DNA of 57,116 bases, counting the filler, from Jimgerdemannia flammicorona (lineage: Eukaryota), in the NCBI GenBank assembly GCA_003990765.1. It is 3 parts of 3 records of this genome, joined end to end, with 100 filler letters (N's around TTAATTAATTAA, not from the genome) between each part and the next. Parts side by side here need not be neighbours in the genome. Positions count along the whole stretch, not along the records: positions 38,149 to 57,116 come from RBNJ01002061.1; 2 more parts are not named here. One strand, written 5' to 3'. Shown here piece by piece: positions 38,149 through 52,200 of the stretch. Each line of letters starts with the position of its first letter. Positions within the stretch are counted from its first letter, which is position 1. Under the pieces are notes generated by a model that worked only from the letters and a program-made list of their open reading frames with translations, searched no databases and had not been told where the DNA came from. Made by a program: the position numbers and the translations under genes.

Positions 38149-38394
38149 GTGAATAGGGTTTCACCTATTTGCTGGTTTAACTTGAGTACTTCTTTCTTTG
38201 AATGAAGTTTATCCCACTTGTTGCAGGTGTGGAGGTCAAATTGTCCTTGTACATCAGGTTCAATTCTCTCCAGATTGTCAGATTGTTCAGATAAATTCCA
38301 GTTCAGAGGTTGGGCTTTATACTAACTTGTAGAAATTCGCAGAAGGGTTTGTAGCAGGGTGAGGAAGCATCTTGAAGTGGAATTGGATTGTAAA

Positions 38395-38406
38395 CTGCTG
38401 CTACCA
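38395..38406 (-). promoter_or_regulatory. Primer binding site, probably initiator tRNA-Met
   Basis: TGGTAGCAGCAG lies 3 nt after the LTR end. TGGTAGC is the usual complement of the tRNA-iMet 3' end. Confidence 0.7.
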
Positions 38407-38409
38407 AGT

Positions 38410-40451
38410 TGTAAGAGGGTTACTTTTTAGGGTAACCGTTACATAGTTCTAGAAGGGTTTTCTGGATATTCTGGATGTTCTGGAAGACCATTTTCTTATG
38501 GTCAAGATCAATTTCATATGGAGTACATCCTCTATGCTTATTGATTTCAAGATTCAGGTTGACGTCTCAACCAAAGTCCTTTTTCGGACTAGTTCTGGAT
38601 GTTCAGGATTTTCTGTATTTCAGGAAGTTCAAGAAACTAAGACCAGCTTAGTTGAATTGGCGTATCGCTACAGACAATAACCAATTAGGAAATTTCGTGA
38701 CAGGGTTAGGAGTAGGACCTAACAGGGAGCAGATTTACTTAAGAGTGGTTTTGTGAGTTATGGAATAGGTTTATTTGCTATTCATGATATTGCTATACTA
38801 GGAGTATTTGTGTGAAGGGATATTGTGGGGAAGTATTCAGAAATATTCTTGTGTGTTCAAGTCTGTTCAAGTCTGAGATTCTGAGGTCTGGGAGAGGGGG
38901 TATTTATACTAGTGAGGGGCTATCTGGACTATGCTGAATATGGATGTATCACTAAGTGCTTTGCTGAGTCAGAATGCAGTCATGTAGTACAAGTATAATC
39001 TGACATATCAAGAGATCATCTGACTGCCGAGTCAGTTTACAGTCATGTCGTACAAGGCTAATCTAACTATATTATGACTGCTAGGTTATTTATGGGTTTA
39101 GGTGCTGTCTGGATAATCTTCGATGACATCACCATCGATTGCATTATCTCTGATGAAGTAGTCATCTAGGAATAATGGTTTGTGAATTACTTCTCCTTAT
39201 TCGCTGAGGTAATAATACATTGGGACTTCGTCTCCGTCCCACAGGATAGCATTGTCTGTCTTGTAGACTGGATAGGGTGTTGGTGGGCGAAGGATGGGTA
39301 TATTGTCTTCTCTTTTGTCAGATTCACTGTCTGCGTACCTTCTATAGATTACAGTACTATGAGTTGCAGGATTGTAGTAAGCTGGCGGCTGTGGTTCATG
39401 TCGCTTGTACTCAGGTGGTGGAGTGGTTGGTTCAATCTTGAGAGTTGTCTGGAGGTACAGGTTGTGTTCTCCAGTCTCTTCATTGTAGTTGAAGTAATCG
39501 GGGGTGAATGCAGGTTGGTATTTGTGCCAGTGGTCATTGTCCCAATAAGTCTCATATGCAGTTATGAACTGTTGCAAGTTTATCAGCAAGTTTGGCGATG
39601 TGATCAGGGTTGGTAGAGATCCTTGGCTAGAGGTCATGTTGGCATCAGAGGGATCATTGTCTTCTGCTTTATCTTCGTCGAAGTGGATTATATCGTAGAC
39701 GTCCTTCATAGTATATCCAACTTGAGACATTTGCAGGATATGGTCATCAGGGTGCGGGAAGGTTCTGTCTGTGGTCTGGACGTATTCGAGGTACTTGTGG
39801 TTGAGTTCTTGTATCATGTCATCGATTTGGCTGTAGGACAGGGTAGCAACCATTTCACTAGTAGTGACTCGGAGGCGGAGAATAAAGGTTTTGTACTCAT
39901 AGAAGAGTTCTCGATGTTTGCGGGTGATGAGCTTCTGGTGTTGAGACATCTGGGTAATGTCTGTATCATGGTGGTGTTCGACCATATCTTCCAGGAGGCG
40001 GCCAATCTGGTAGTAGCTTGAGATTTGTCTGATTCGGTGGGCCTCGCTAAGCATGTTCAGGGCATTCCATCGGGCTTCCATGAAGTAAAGGGGTGCCAGG
40101 CTATGGATATTCATGAGGGGCAGAGGGGGTGTGGCTCGGTTGACAATGGCATTCCAAATGTCAGTGCGGATACAGTTATAGATCTCAGTGGTTATGGTTG
40201 TGTGTTTGGATGTTGTGGTTGTTGTTTGTTTTGGTTCTCTGATTTGACGCATCTCGGTGTTTGGTATATATGCATTTGGTCCTGATTGGTAAGATTCTGT
40301 TTGTGTAAATCTTGTATTCTGTGACTTCGTATTGACTCAGCTTTGTGCACTGTGACTTTGGTTTGACTCAGCTTCATGATCAAGCAGGTGATTTCCAGAT
40401 TTGTTCAGAGGTCACGTGTAATTTCAATGGCTTGGAGGTTGTGCACTTACA
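38410..40451 (-). mobile_element. 5' LTR of a younger family-A element (2042 bp)
   Basis: TGTAAG...CTTACA termini, followed by the PBS. Homologous to 232-2217. Inserted in a LINE. Confidence 0.93.
39197..40252 (-). CDS. LTR-A U3-encoded protein of unknown function (351 aa; ancestrally about 384 aa)
   Basis: Uninterrupted ORF lying wholly inside the LTR, upstream of the TATA box at about 38900. The stop at 39197 is CAA in the other copy, and the frame then stays open to 39098. Confidence 0.8.
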   Translation of the reverse strand: MRQIREPKQTTTTTSKHTTITTEIYNCIRTDIWNAIVNRATPPLPLMNIHSLAPLYFMEARWNALNMLSEAHRIRQISSYYQIGRLLEDMVEHHHDTDITQMSQHQKLITRKHRELFYEYKTFILRLRVTTSEMVATLSYSQIDDMIQELNHKYLEYVQTTDRTFPHPDDHILQMSQVGYTMKDVYDIIHFDEDKAEDNDPSDANMTSSQGSLPTLITSPNLLINLQQFITAYETYWDNDHWHKYQPAFTPDYFNYNEETGEHNLYLQTTLKIEPTTPPPEYKRHEPQPPAYYNPATHSTVIYRRYADSESDKREDNIPILRPPTPYPVYKTDNAILWDGDEVPMYYYLSE

Positions 40452-43400
40452 CAAAGAGAGTAGGTCACCCAAGGACCCTCAAGAGGAGGTTCGCATCTCC
40501 TACACCTTCTGCAACAGAGGCACCCATCTCCCTCCTTATAGTTCAGCTGCTCTCTTCAACCACCAGACTCACAAGCAGTATAACCTCTTAGGGAAATCTA
40601 CAAGGCCAAGACCTCTCCTAATCACTGGTGTCACAAGAGTATCCCAACTGATCTGGGACCTCTGCCCTGCCCAAATCCAATCCCTAGCCACCTTTATCAG
40701 CCTCTTCACCACCCAAGCTAGGAAGTCAAGGTAGTAGGCCACATACTACAGCTTGGGGAACCAGTATACATTCAGAATTGCTACCTGCCCTGCTAGAGAG
40801 ATATGGCAGCCTCCTCAACCTCGAAGGGCCTCTCCCTAAGCAGCCACCCTGTTCTCCCACCATACTTGCGGCAGGACAGAGCCATATACAGAGAGGAAGA
40901 TGCCCAGATACTATACCACCTCACTAATAGGGACAATTGTTCCAATGATATCCCCACCCATCAGCCCATTCCCCAGCACCATAGTCTCGCACTTATGCCA
41001 GTTGAGCTTCACCCCAGAGTGATCCTCATCCATTCCACTGCCTCCTTAATTGCCTTGACATCTGCCACAGACCCAAGGCCAACTGCCATATCATCCGCAA
41101 ATGCTCCCACCTTCCACACTATGCCATAGATAGAGAGCCCTACCACCTTCCAGCGAATTCTATCTATCAAAGGTTCCAAAGAGAGAGCATAAAGGATAGG
41201 GGACAGGGGGTCTCCCTAAGGAACCTCTCTTTCCAAGGTAAACACCAGACTATAGTGACCATTATACATCAGTGCCACCCGACTGCCTTCTAGCAGACTC
41301 AATATAGAAGCCTGAAATTCTGGGGGAATACCAATATGATCCAACACCTTGCCCAGCCAAACCTACCAGACCCAGTTATAGACCTTCTCCTGGTCCAAGA
41401 AAACCAATCTTCCATCCAGACCACAAGCCCAGGCCCCTTTAATAGCATCATGTCTTCTAACCATACTCATCAAACCCTATCATAGGCCTTCCTCTAGTTC
41501 AAAAAAATCAGTTATTTATTTACTCTAGTAGTGTAAGCTCCTCTAATAATACTATACACCTAGGCTGTCTTATCTCTGATCAGACATCTCTCTACAAATT
41601 CTCTCTGCTCAGCCCCCAATACTTGCTGAGTCACTCCTTACAGCCTAGTTACTAGTATCTTTATAACCAGCTTATGATCTATATCCAGAAGTATAATTAG
41701 TCTCTAGTTTTTCCACTCCTCTCTCCTCCTCTTATTCTTAAACAATAGAGTCACAAGACTCAAGTACTGCTCCCCAATCTACTCTCCTGAGCTAATGATC
41801 TCATTTTACATCTCTGTCATCTTCTTCAGAATTAACTTGACTTCTGTCATCTTCTTCTAAAAATCCTATGGTAAGCTATCTTTCTCTGATGTTATCCTCA
41901 AGCTTATTATTATCAGTACTTACTAAATCTCATCTCCTCAGACAGAAGTGTCAAGATCACCTAAGCTCTCTGCTGGATCAGAATACTAGTTCTCCAGGTA
42001 CTTTTCAATATCCAGCACTCCTATTCCTCTTTTCTCCTTACTCCACAATTACCTCTACTATTTGCTCAACTGGTCCAAAATCTTTAGTGTCCCAACAACC
42101 AACTCCTCTGTCTCATCTAACACTCTCTTATCTCTATCATACTCTTCTCATCTGTAGAAGTCAAGATAAAAACTTTGTTAGCCTATCCCCCTCCTTTAAT
42201 CTCTGCCACCTCAGCTAGGCTATTATGCTCTTTATCTATAGGTCTTCCTTCTGCCTCAGCAACTCCTTCAACTTCTCCACCTCCAGCCCAATCTGCTGGA
42301 TCCTCTAATCTCTCTCCTCACTATTATTCAATAGATCTGTCTATAATACCAACAATCTTACCAACCTCTGAGAGGCCCACTTCACTTGCTTTCTCCTCTG
42401 AGCACCACACATTCTTCCTGCCTCTCCTTAGTACTATTGTGTATCTGATTTTAATCTCCTCTAGTGATCCCCAATTGCTAGCTCTTTTACTCTCTAGCCA
42501 AGTATTCTAGAGCTAATATCTATTATTTATATATCCTATAAGGAGACCTCTCTTAGTAATAAGGTATTTAGATATCAAAGTTCTTTAGATATCAACTCTC
42601 TAGTATTCTGCAGTCAACATCTAGTCAATCCTTAAGTTCAACTCTACCACCCAATGAGTATATACTCTATGATCTCCCATCTAAGTCTCCCAGTATCCAC
42701 TAATGAACTCAGACATTTAACTTTTTCCCAGGCTTTCATACTACTACTTCTATCAGCCATCTCTCTTTCCCCATCCCTTCTCATCATATATCATATTAAA
42801 GTCTCTACCTAAATAGTCAATCTCTTCTTCCACCAATACTCTAGACTCTTGTAGCCCTTGAATTCATTCCACTCTCTCCTCTCTTTCTACTGGACAATAA
42901 TATGACTCAACAGTCAAGGGTCTCTAGTCTGGTCTCTTCCAAACTTCTCATACTATCCTGCTCTCTCAATGTTTAATATCCTTAATATCTCTCTTATCCT
43001 TTCTAACCATAATGCCCACACACTTATACTAAATAGCCACACTACTCTATTTCTTTATTTAGTTCACTTTTTATCACATCTAACATCTTATAATAGAAAT
43101 AAATCCACATTCAGCCCCTTTAGCTAGTAGAAGATATTTCTATATCTCACTACTTCTCATAGCCCATTGATATTTAAAGAGAAGATTCTAGTTATACTAT
43201 ATATTGAATAATATTTCTTGAAGAACAACTGCCTACTCTATAGTTCCATACTCACTACATTGCCAGCAATATCTAGGTTCTTCTCTATCTTAAGCTCATC
43301 TGCCTCTCTCTGCTAAGTCTCTAATACCTCTAAGATCTCTTGACAATCTATACCATCCACAGCTTCCATATCTATCTGGTACTTCTCATATACTATCTGT

Positions 43401-44470
43401 CACTTTGCCAGCCCCTTCCTTAGGCCCTACAGATATATAGCTGATTATTTACAATTGCCAGAAGTACTGCCTCTCTTTCATCATCTACTTAATATACTTC
43501 AGCTTCTAGCAAAGCCACTATTATCTTATTCTGAAGTTTCTACAGCACTTTCTCATCTTGCAGAATTTCTCTCCAGTATCTCTTACTAAGTATCTAAAAG
43601 TCCTCCCCCCTAGCTCCTCAGCTACTATATTTGTTAGCATTTTCCACAACTATTTCTTCTTATCAACAGCCTTCTCTACTCTCTGGACCACCCTCTTCCC
43701 CCCTTCTACCTATCCTCTCTCCACATTCATTCTTGCCAACTCATTATATTTTTTCTCCAGCACATCCTGCAGTTTGTCATCCTCTTCAGCCCCTGCTAGT
43801 ATCCTATACTGAGAGTACTCCTCCTTAACTATCTCCTCATCTTCTACTACTACACCCTATCTTGAGTCTCTGCTCTCCCCCAGGGTCTTCTTTGGTACTG
43901 CTCTCTTCTCTTCTACCCAGACACTTACTTTCAACCCAATATCTGTAGTAATGATCTCTCTCTCTGCCTTCTCTTCTATTTTTGCCAACAGATCCTTCTA
44001 AATTTGCCTCTCCTGTATCCTCTTCCAGGCTATTCAATTTAGCCACACCTTCTTACTATTTATAATCTCTACTATCATCTTGACCTTAAACTCTTTTCAG
44101 ATCAATCTCCTCCTCTCAATAGCTCCAGTCAGATCCTTCAATACCTCTAACAAGTCCTCTTCTTCCTCTGGTATCCCTTTCACTCTCAAGACCTTATACT
44201 CTATAGGTCTCTATTTGAGGACTACTGGCCAGTCTCTTGCTTTCTCTATATTCTCCTTGCCTATCAGTTATACTCTAATATCCACATTCTCTATCTTGAA
44301 CTCCATGCCTTCCTAGATCTAAAATCTAATATCTATGATATCTTCATACTCCTTAACAATCTTTACAATCAACCTCTTAGTGATCAATATCTTTCTCTGA
44401 TATAATTCACATTATACAAACTTTAAGCAATACTTTTTAACATAACTCAGAGGAAAGATACTAGTAACAT
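40452..44470 (-). mobile_element. L1/Tx1-like LINE relic (part of ORF1, endonuclease, RT; internal deletion near 41450)
   Basis: RIFSLNINGL (about 43190), FLDQEKVYN, GVP*GDPLSPILY (about 41220), AFADDM (about 41100). Homologous to the plus-strand LINE. Confidence 0.85.
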
Positions 44471-44475
44471 ATCAT

Positions 44476-47400
44476 TGAGTAAGAGTTCTGATAGGCATAC
44501 TGGGTCAGGTGGATCTGGGGCATTCAGCTAGCAGTATGTGGGAAGGAGTTATGGCCTGGAGATGAGTGTTTTTGGAGATACAAATAATGGTAAAGAGTCT
44601 GGAGGAGAGCTGGTATCTGGTGGAAATAGGGGTAGGTCTGGGCCTTTAAGTTTTGCTGATAAGGTGAAGGGGAGTAGATGGCCAGCAAGTGCTCAGGCTG
44701 GTATAGGTAAGGAGAAAGACAAGACCAATCTGGAGAGAGTAGAAGGTCCTTTGCCTTGGGGAGTAAGTATAGAGACAGGAGGAGCTGTAGCTGGGAAAAG
44801 TGGTATGACTACTGATGAGAGTGTAACAGGAGAAATCTGGAAAAAAAAAGAGATGTGACAGCTGATAGTAGTGCTATACAAGAGGACCATCAGGGGTAGA
44901 GGATCTGGCTAGCAGTAGTCCTATTACTCAAAAAATCAATCTTGGAGTTTGTAGTCACATTGTATTTCTGGGACTTAGTAGTAATGGCAAAGATGGTTCT
45001 GGGGCTAATCTTGAAGCAGATGGCTGGAGCTACCTCAGTGAAGTTTCTAAAAAGGCTTGAGGAAGTAGAGGTGGGCTTTGATGAGACTGTCTCCTTGAAG
45101 AAGATATTGAAGACAGAGTTGACTATAGATAAGATAGTGATTTCAATGACTTACTATCTGAGGTGGGACCTCAGAGTGGTCTAGCTACTAGTGAAGAGAG
45201 TGCCCACAGTAATGATAGTTGAGATAAGAAAGAGAGTGGAGGAGATTATAGTTGAGTATAGTGAAGTAGTCAATATTGATTTCTAGGTCTAAGAGGTAAC
45301 TTCATTTAAGATAAGAGATATGGATATCAGACTCCAGCTGTCTGGAAAGAAGACTATAGAGAAGCTGAGAGACTGGCCCTCAGTGTTGATGTGGAGGGCA
45401 TTTATCTATAAGATGATGAGAGTGAAGAAGAGTATAGAAGAGAAGAAGGATCTGGTAAAGGCACTAGAGGAACTTAGTAGAGCAGTGGAGTGGTAGGCCA
45501 AGGCATAGCAGGCATATATAAACTTAACACACTTAGAGGTAGTGGATGGAAAGTGCATTCAGATAGATAAGAGGCAGTAGGAGAGGGCTCAGGAGTATAA
45601 AAGGCAGAAGAGATTGCTAGCTAGTTTGAAGGAGAAGGAGAAAGTATCACCCAGTTTAGATAAGACTGTTAGGGATACTTAAGAGAGTATCTAGACTGAT
45701 AAGGAGATGGGAAGAAGTATAAAGACTGAGGTTTAGAGCCAGGAGGCAAGAGATCAGACTCTCTATAATAATGATATACTGGAGATGTGAGAGGAGAATG
45801 AGAATACAGAAAGATAGACTGGTGGTATACAGCCAAAGACTGGAGAGAATGTGGAGATATTGGAGACTCACTGTATTTGATTTGGAGTACCTAAGATAGT
45901 GAGTAGGAGACAGATAGTTGAGGTTAAGGAGGATGAGCTGGTGAATATTCCTGAGACAGAGTGAGATAAGTTTACAAGTACTGAAGCAGACACTATAATA
46001 CTCAAGATCAGCTAACCAGCAACTCCTAGGGGTAAGGAGATTGGGGACCTGTAGTAGATATGCCAGATGATAAATAACTTGGTAGCTGAGGAGTTAGGGA
46101 ATGTAAACTTATGAGTTATTAGTAAGGAGTACTGGACAAGAGTACTGCAGAGAGAGAGTGTTGTAGAGGCTCTAGTAATAGAGGTACTGATAGTATATCT
46201 GGATGAGAAGAGTTATATAGTATATGAGACAAGAGAGGTAGAGATAACAGTAGTTGCTAGGGAGAGAGCCATCTTCTGGTGAGAGCAGAGACATAGACTG
46301 AAAATCTGACAAAGAGCTTTTTTAGAGTACCAGGAGGAGATAGAGTTGAATAATGATATAGTAATAGATGAGCTTTTGGTTGAACTGGAAGTGAAGCAGA
46401 TCAAGGGAGAGAAGGCTGCTGCTGAGTATAGATTAAACTTAACTAGAGAGAAGGTAAATATAGAGCTATGAAGAGGATATATCTATTTTAATATTATTCC
46501 TCATGAATAGTATAACTAATATTTTTTCATTGAATATAAATGACCTGAGGAGTTCTGGGAGGTGATATAACATTTTTACTTGGTTAAAGAAATTGGAGGC
46601 TGATCTCTTTCTTCTGCAGAATGTGATATAAGGAGAACCTTAATAAATAGGAGTGGATAAAGGAATGGAGTAGAGCTGTAGTCTGGAATAGTAAGGTTGG
46701 GCTACTGGTACAGAAAGGGTGAGATGAAATATATGGAAGTAGGAACTGGGGAGATTGAATGATTTGAAAAAAGTGGCATCAGTTTGAATAGGAGTCAATT
46801 ATAATTGGATCTTATTACTACTCTGCAGTTAGGAGCATGTAGATGGAGTAGATTGATGGTCTTTTGGATAGTAGAATACTTGTAAAGGTAGGAGTGGAGG
46901 TACTTGGGGGGGACTTCAACATGGTTTGTCTGATACAGTTGGACAGGATAGATGGGAGGAGGAATGCAGAGGGCAGAAGTAGTGGCCTAGAGGGTTGGGA
47001 GGAGATAGAGTAACTTAGTTCCTTGGTGGATACTGGTTGAGTAATGTGGGAAGATAAGAGGATCTACACCTATTGGGTGGGTGACCTGGAGACTAGAATT
47101 GACTGGGTGCTGATAGCCAATTACTGGGGTCTGGATATCTGAAAGTCTCTGAAGATTGAGTGATATCTATGGTCAGATCATTGAGGCTTATTAGGACAGA
47201 GTCAGTTTGGGGGAAGTGGAGATGGGCCTAGATATTGATATCTCAATTTCTCTTTAAAGGAGCTGTAGGATACTTGAGCAGAGAGTATTAGATAGAAGGT
47301 CAATTATTGGGTCTGAGAGGGTACTCCAGTGGATGTTTGATGGGTGAGGTTGAAGGAGACTGCTAGGATTTATAAGAGTGAGACTGGTAGGGTAGCAAGC

Positions 47401-50270
47401 AGACAGCAAAGAAGAAGAGTGGCCTGGGCCTCTACTAGGCTGGCCTAGCTTCAGGAGAAATGGGCTATACTTTTGACCTTGGATAGAGTAGAGGATTGGA
47501 GGTTAATGTGAGCAAAGCTAGAGATAGTTGAGTTATAATAGATATTGAGAGAGAAGGAGGAGACTCTGATGAGAGAAATGGCTGTATAGCTATACTAATA
47601 GGGGCTAGAGAAGAGAGAGAGGCTCTCTAAGTATCTCTCACAGCATCTTTAGGTGAGGAGAGTGAGGTAGTGGTAGGAGGAAGTTCTGAATTCTGAGGGT
47701 CTACTGGTGCAGGACTCACAAAGCAGGACTCACAAAATATTTTAGACTCTCTGAAGAAGAGGTAGAATGGTCTATAGAGTGAGGAGAAGGGTGGGGCTGA
47801 TGCTACTGAGATTGAATACAGTTTGGAGGATTGGCTCTCTCTACAGATAGAAGGGCTTGATGATTTGATACTACTAGTCCAGAAGGAGGAGATTTACCAA
47901 GTTCTTGTTACAACTAAGCTGAGCATGGCACTAGGTGAGGATGGTCTGCCCTGGAACTTCTGGAAGAAGATAGTGGGTATTCCTGAAATACTGAGAGAGA
48001 TGATAGTACTTTGTGACTTAGTATTATAGTCAGAGAAGTGAGTGGGAGAGCAGAATCTGGGGCTAGTAATATTGTTATATAAGGACAAGAGTAGAAGAGA
48101 GGATTGAAAGAACTAGTAGCCAATAATGCTCCTGAATATAACTAGGAAGATGGTCACTAAGGTGATTATTGTGAGACTATAGAAGATGGCCCAGTAAGTA
48201 TTAGGTGAGAAGCAATGGGGCTTTGTTGGGGGCCAGCTTATTTGGAATAGTATAGTTTGGATTTATGGTATCATTAAAGGAGCTCAAGCCTGTAGACTGA
48301 ATAGAAGATTAGTCTTTCTGGATCAGGAGAAGGCCTATGATTGTATCTGACAGGTCTGACTAATAAAGATACTAGATAGAATTAGAGTCTCTTAGTAGTT
48401 CTAAGTATTAATGATCAGCCTACTGAAAGGGAGTAGGGTAGTACTCATGTACAATAGCTATCAGAGGGTAGCATTCTCTCTAGATAGAGGTATTTACTAG
48501 AGTGATCTACTATCTCCTATTTTGTATACTCTATCTTTGAAGCTACTGATAGATAGAATTCATTATAAGATAGTGGGACTCTCTGTATTTGGAATTGTCT
48601 GGAAGATTGGGGCCTTTGTAGAGATATAGTAATTGACCTCAGATCAATTACAGATATAGAGACTTTTAAGAAAACAGTAGAGTGGTATGAGGTACACTCT
48701 GGGGTAAAACTTAACTAGTATAAGTGTGAGACAATGATGTTGGGCAATGGTCTGGTGAGAGGAGATGATATTGGAACAATTATCTCTACTAGAGATGCTA
48801 TATGATATCTGGATATCTTTCTTTCAGTCAATGGGTCAGTCCTCTCTAGAACTTGGTGAGAGCAGTGAGTAGTTATTTAGGAAAAGGCCCTGTAGAGCTA
48901 GAGTGGCCATCACATCTCTTTGGCAGATTATATTTCAATCTTAAATATCTACTGACTTTCAAAGCTGTGATATTGAGTATATCATTTGGACTTTCCAATC
49001 TAGGTAGTGAAGAGACTACTGAAGCTAGCCAAGGACTAGATCTAGACTGAGAGATAGAGTTAGATTAGCTGAGAAATATAATCACTGCTAGTAGATAGAG
49101 GAGGTCTTGGGCTAGTTGACTTTCTGAAGAAGCTGTATTATCTGAGAGTATGGTGACTAAAGAGAGCTATAGAACTGAGAGGAGATGGCTGGATCTCTCT
49201 GATACAAAAGATCTGAGAGATGTAATTTTCACCAAGAGAATTCTCAGAGAACTTACTGTCTTTGGTTGAAATTAGAGGCAGTGGGTGCATGTGATATAGG
49301 AACTTCTGGTAGAGAGTAGTAGATAGAGTATACTATATTGGACTTTATTGGTAGGGAGCTGATAGGGAGATGCTATGGAGCCCAGTGATATAGAGATGAG
49401 ATCAAGTATTGTTAGGAAGTACTTCACTACTAGACTTTGACATTAGTGATAGAGTGGAGTGCCAGAGAGAGTTAGGACAGTATATATAATCTAGTAGCTA
49501 ATAGATAGTAGGTATTAGTGAAGAGTAGAACTGAGATAAGTCTGGTTCTAGAGTGCTGAGATATAGTACTAGCTGTTATCTAAGTTCTAAGTAGTGTAGT
49601 GGTACTTACTGAGGAGAAATATTATACTCAACTTTTATTTGAGTCATCTTATAGAGAGTAGTCAATTTGACTATAAGAAGTGCTCTAATGTAGAGTAGAA
49701 TGGAGAGTTTATATAGATACTGTAATATTGACTAGAAGAGTACAAAGTATTTAAAGATTTTTGGTTAGTAATTGGAGATAGATTTGGTATTGTGAGAAGA
49801 AGGAATGATGAGAGAGATTACTGAGAGAATTTGAGAGATAGATTGGTAGGTGGGGTTGGGAATAAGTAGTTTACTATTAGGTGGATTTTGATTATATAGA
49901 TAGGATTAGCTAGATACTGATTGTTTGTTTTTGAGGAGAGGTAGTAGTTGAGTTTGAGTGAGTAGTTAATAAGATAAAAAGAGTTAATGAGAGATATCTT
50001 GATAGATTGGTGGATGGAATAGGATATGTAAAGAGATTGTTATCACTATCTAATAAAGAAGATATGTGGACAGAGTGGAGAGAGAGTTATAGTAAGAGAT
50101 GGTAAAGTAGCATTTAATCATAAAAATATAAGAGAGAGTCTTTCTTAAGAGATTGAGTAGTGGGTTGAGATATTATAATAGATAATACTATGAATTATAT
50201 ATTGTTTTATAGAATCTATTGATAATAAAGGAGTCTAAGTAACTATAAAAAAAAAAAAAAAAAAAAAAAA
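44476..50270 (+). mobile_element. Near full-length L1/Tx1-like LINE (ORF1; ORF2 with APE endonuclease and RT; poly-A), decayed
   Basis: IFSLNIN (about 46520), GGDFN (about 46905), RIDW, SDH (about 47172), GEDGLPWNFWKK (about 47935), FLDQEKAYD (about 48315). Poly-A at 50246-50270. Confidence 0.9.
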
Positions 50271-51000
50271 CAACCTTCTGGCCACCTCCTTTGATACTAT
50301 ATATATATCTACTATTATCAACTACACTATTTGGGGGTCTCAGTACAAGCACTAAGCCATGAAGATCACTACTCTCACTACTACTTTCTTTTCCATTACT
50401 CTCAGTAGTATATCCTCTGTCTTGAAGTCTACCTCTATCTCTTTCAAACTCTTTAAAAATTTTACCAAGGCTATTTCTTTCACCTTCTAGGCCAGAAGCC
50501 TCAGAATTATCTTCACTATTACTATCAAGTCTTAGAAACACAATATGATGATAAATTCTGATCTTAATTTCTTAAGTAATAATACTATCACCAGGCCTAT
50601 TATACTATCTGCTAGATCTCTAAATCTTATACCTATCTCTTATCTAGATCTATTATCAATCATTACATCTAAATTTTTTTTTCAGATTAGCAGTCTTCTT
50701 ACTATTAGCAGTCTCACTCTCTCCAGCTACTACTCTCTCAGCCCCACTGTCCTTACCACTATAAGCTGCTCTATTAGCTTTGCAACCTTTGCTATCTCTT
50801 TGCCCTTTATTAGTCAACTCTCTAATTCAGTCAATAGATATCTCACTTTTACCTTATCAGTAAAGCTCATTCTTTCAGACTCCTACCTATCAGCTCTAGT
50901 TTCATTTTTGCTACCTTCTCTTCTATCTATAAGAGAGTCCAGCAGACTTCCCCCCAAGTTATAACTCCTTCTTATATACTATTAGTCAAATGTACTAGAG
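50271..51000 (-). mobile_element. LINE ORF1 5' fragment(s)
   Basis: SFTDKVK at about 50850 matches SFADKVKG at about 44650. Strongly purine-rich minus strand. Confidence 0.55.
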
Positions 51001-51720
51001 CTATCCTATTTAGCATATATCCTAGAATGCTTATCAATTACTATATTACTAATATCTATTCTCTAAAAACAATATTGTAAGTATTGCCAGAAGTTTGTAT
51101 AACCTAAATATTATCAGAGAAAGATTGACAGTTCTTGTTTCTAAATAAGTACTGATAAGATTGAGAATTTTTCAATAAACTAGACTATAGAATAAAATAG
51201 AAAACTGTGATTAATTTCATCTAACCATCATATGATAGAAGTATTGTAAAAGGTAGTGAATAATAAATAATAATAAACAACTCACTTGAAATACATTTGT
51301 AATTTGGGAATATTATAATAATAAGTAGCTAATACCTGACCTATATTAGTCTCACTTAACAAAATCCAGCATTTGGTTCAATCCAAATTCTCTAGTTCAT
51401 TTTTTTCAACAAACTCAGTATTATTATCCAGTTCAGAGGTATGATCTGATACTTTATTTTTTTTTATTTTATTTTTTTTCCTTTTTTATAGTCACTTGAA
51501 CTTTACTATTTATTACCAATCTATTGATATAATTACAGTACCCCCTCACCCTACCCAATCTCCATAGAGACACTCCCCCCAATACTATTATACTTGAAAA
51601 CTACCTTACCACCCACTACCCCAACCCTCCCCCCACTCTGCCTACAGATTTTCTCCACCAATTGACACTGCTGACCACCCTGCAGACCCCAACCTAACCA
51701 CCCCTGGTGCTTCATTACTC

Positions 51721-52200
51721 AGTGTAGCCATGATAAAGTCTTCATTGTCTTCGAATTCCTCCTCTTTACCTTTGGAATCTTCACCCTGAAGCTCCGAGAG
51801 ATGAAGGGAACTTAGATATTCTTTCTCTTTTCGTATATGCCCGTCTAGCATTTGTCTGTAGGATTTCTCGTTCTTACTATTCCAAAATTTTGTCACTTCG
51901 GAAGATTTCATAATGGACTGCAAATGAGTAGAATACTTAATATGCAAACGAGTTCTCGACTTCTCATTCGCTTCAAACCATTCGTATACATACTGTAAAA
52001 TTACGCAGCTCTTGTTTCGCAGTTGTTGATTGACCGACGGCTCTTCAGAAAGCCGAGTTATATGATCGAGGTAGATTGCATGTACCTGTTTTTTCTCCTC
52101 CGGCCTCAGATTTAACTTAGTGTCCGCCAGATGAAGAAAATGATACAGGCCGGGACTGACTTCCGGTTCTAATAAGATATCACCGAAGATTTAATGATAT
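51721..52200 (-). pseudogene. Truncated hypothetical gene in the CpG-intact island
   Basis: Open frame IFGDILLEPEVSPGLYHFLHLADTKLNL...SCVILQ, a plausible GT...AG intron (about 51918-51994), then SIMKSSEVTKFWNSKNEK... Cut at 51720 by a LINE-like G-rich fragment. No clear start codon. Confidence 0.4.

Noticed and set aside
39182..40285. Plus-strand ORFs antisense to the LTR-A gene (also 1510-2013)
   Set aside because: Shadow frames of the minus-strand ORF, fragmented and without recognisable motifs.
232..40451. LTR-A copies at 232-2217 and 38410-40451 as the two ends of one 40-kb nested element
   Set aside because: Orientation and PPT/PBS fit, but the flanks (TTTAG versus CAAAG) are not a TSD, the copies differ greatly in decay, and two gaps intervene.
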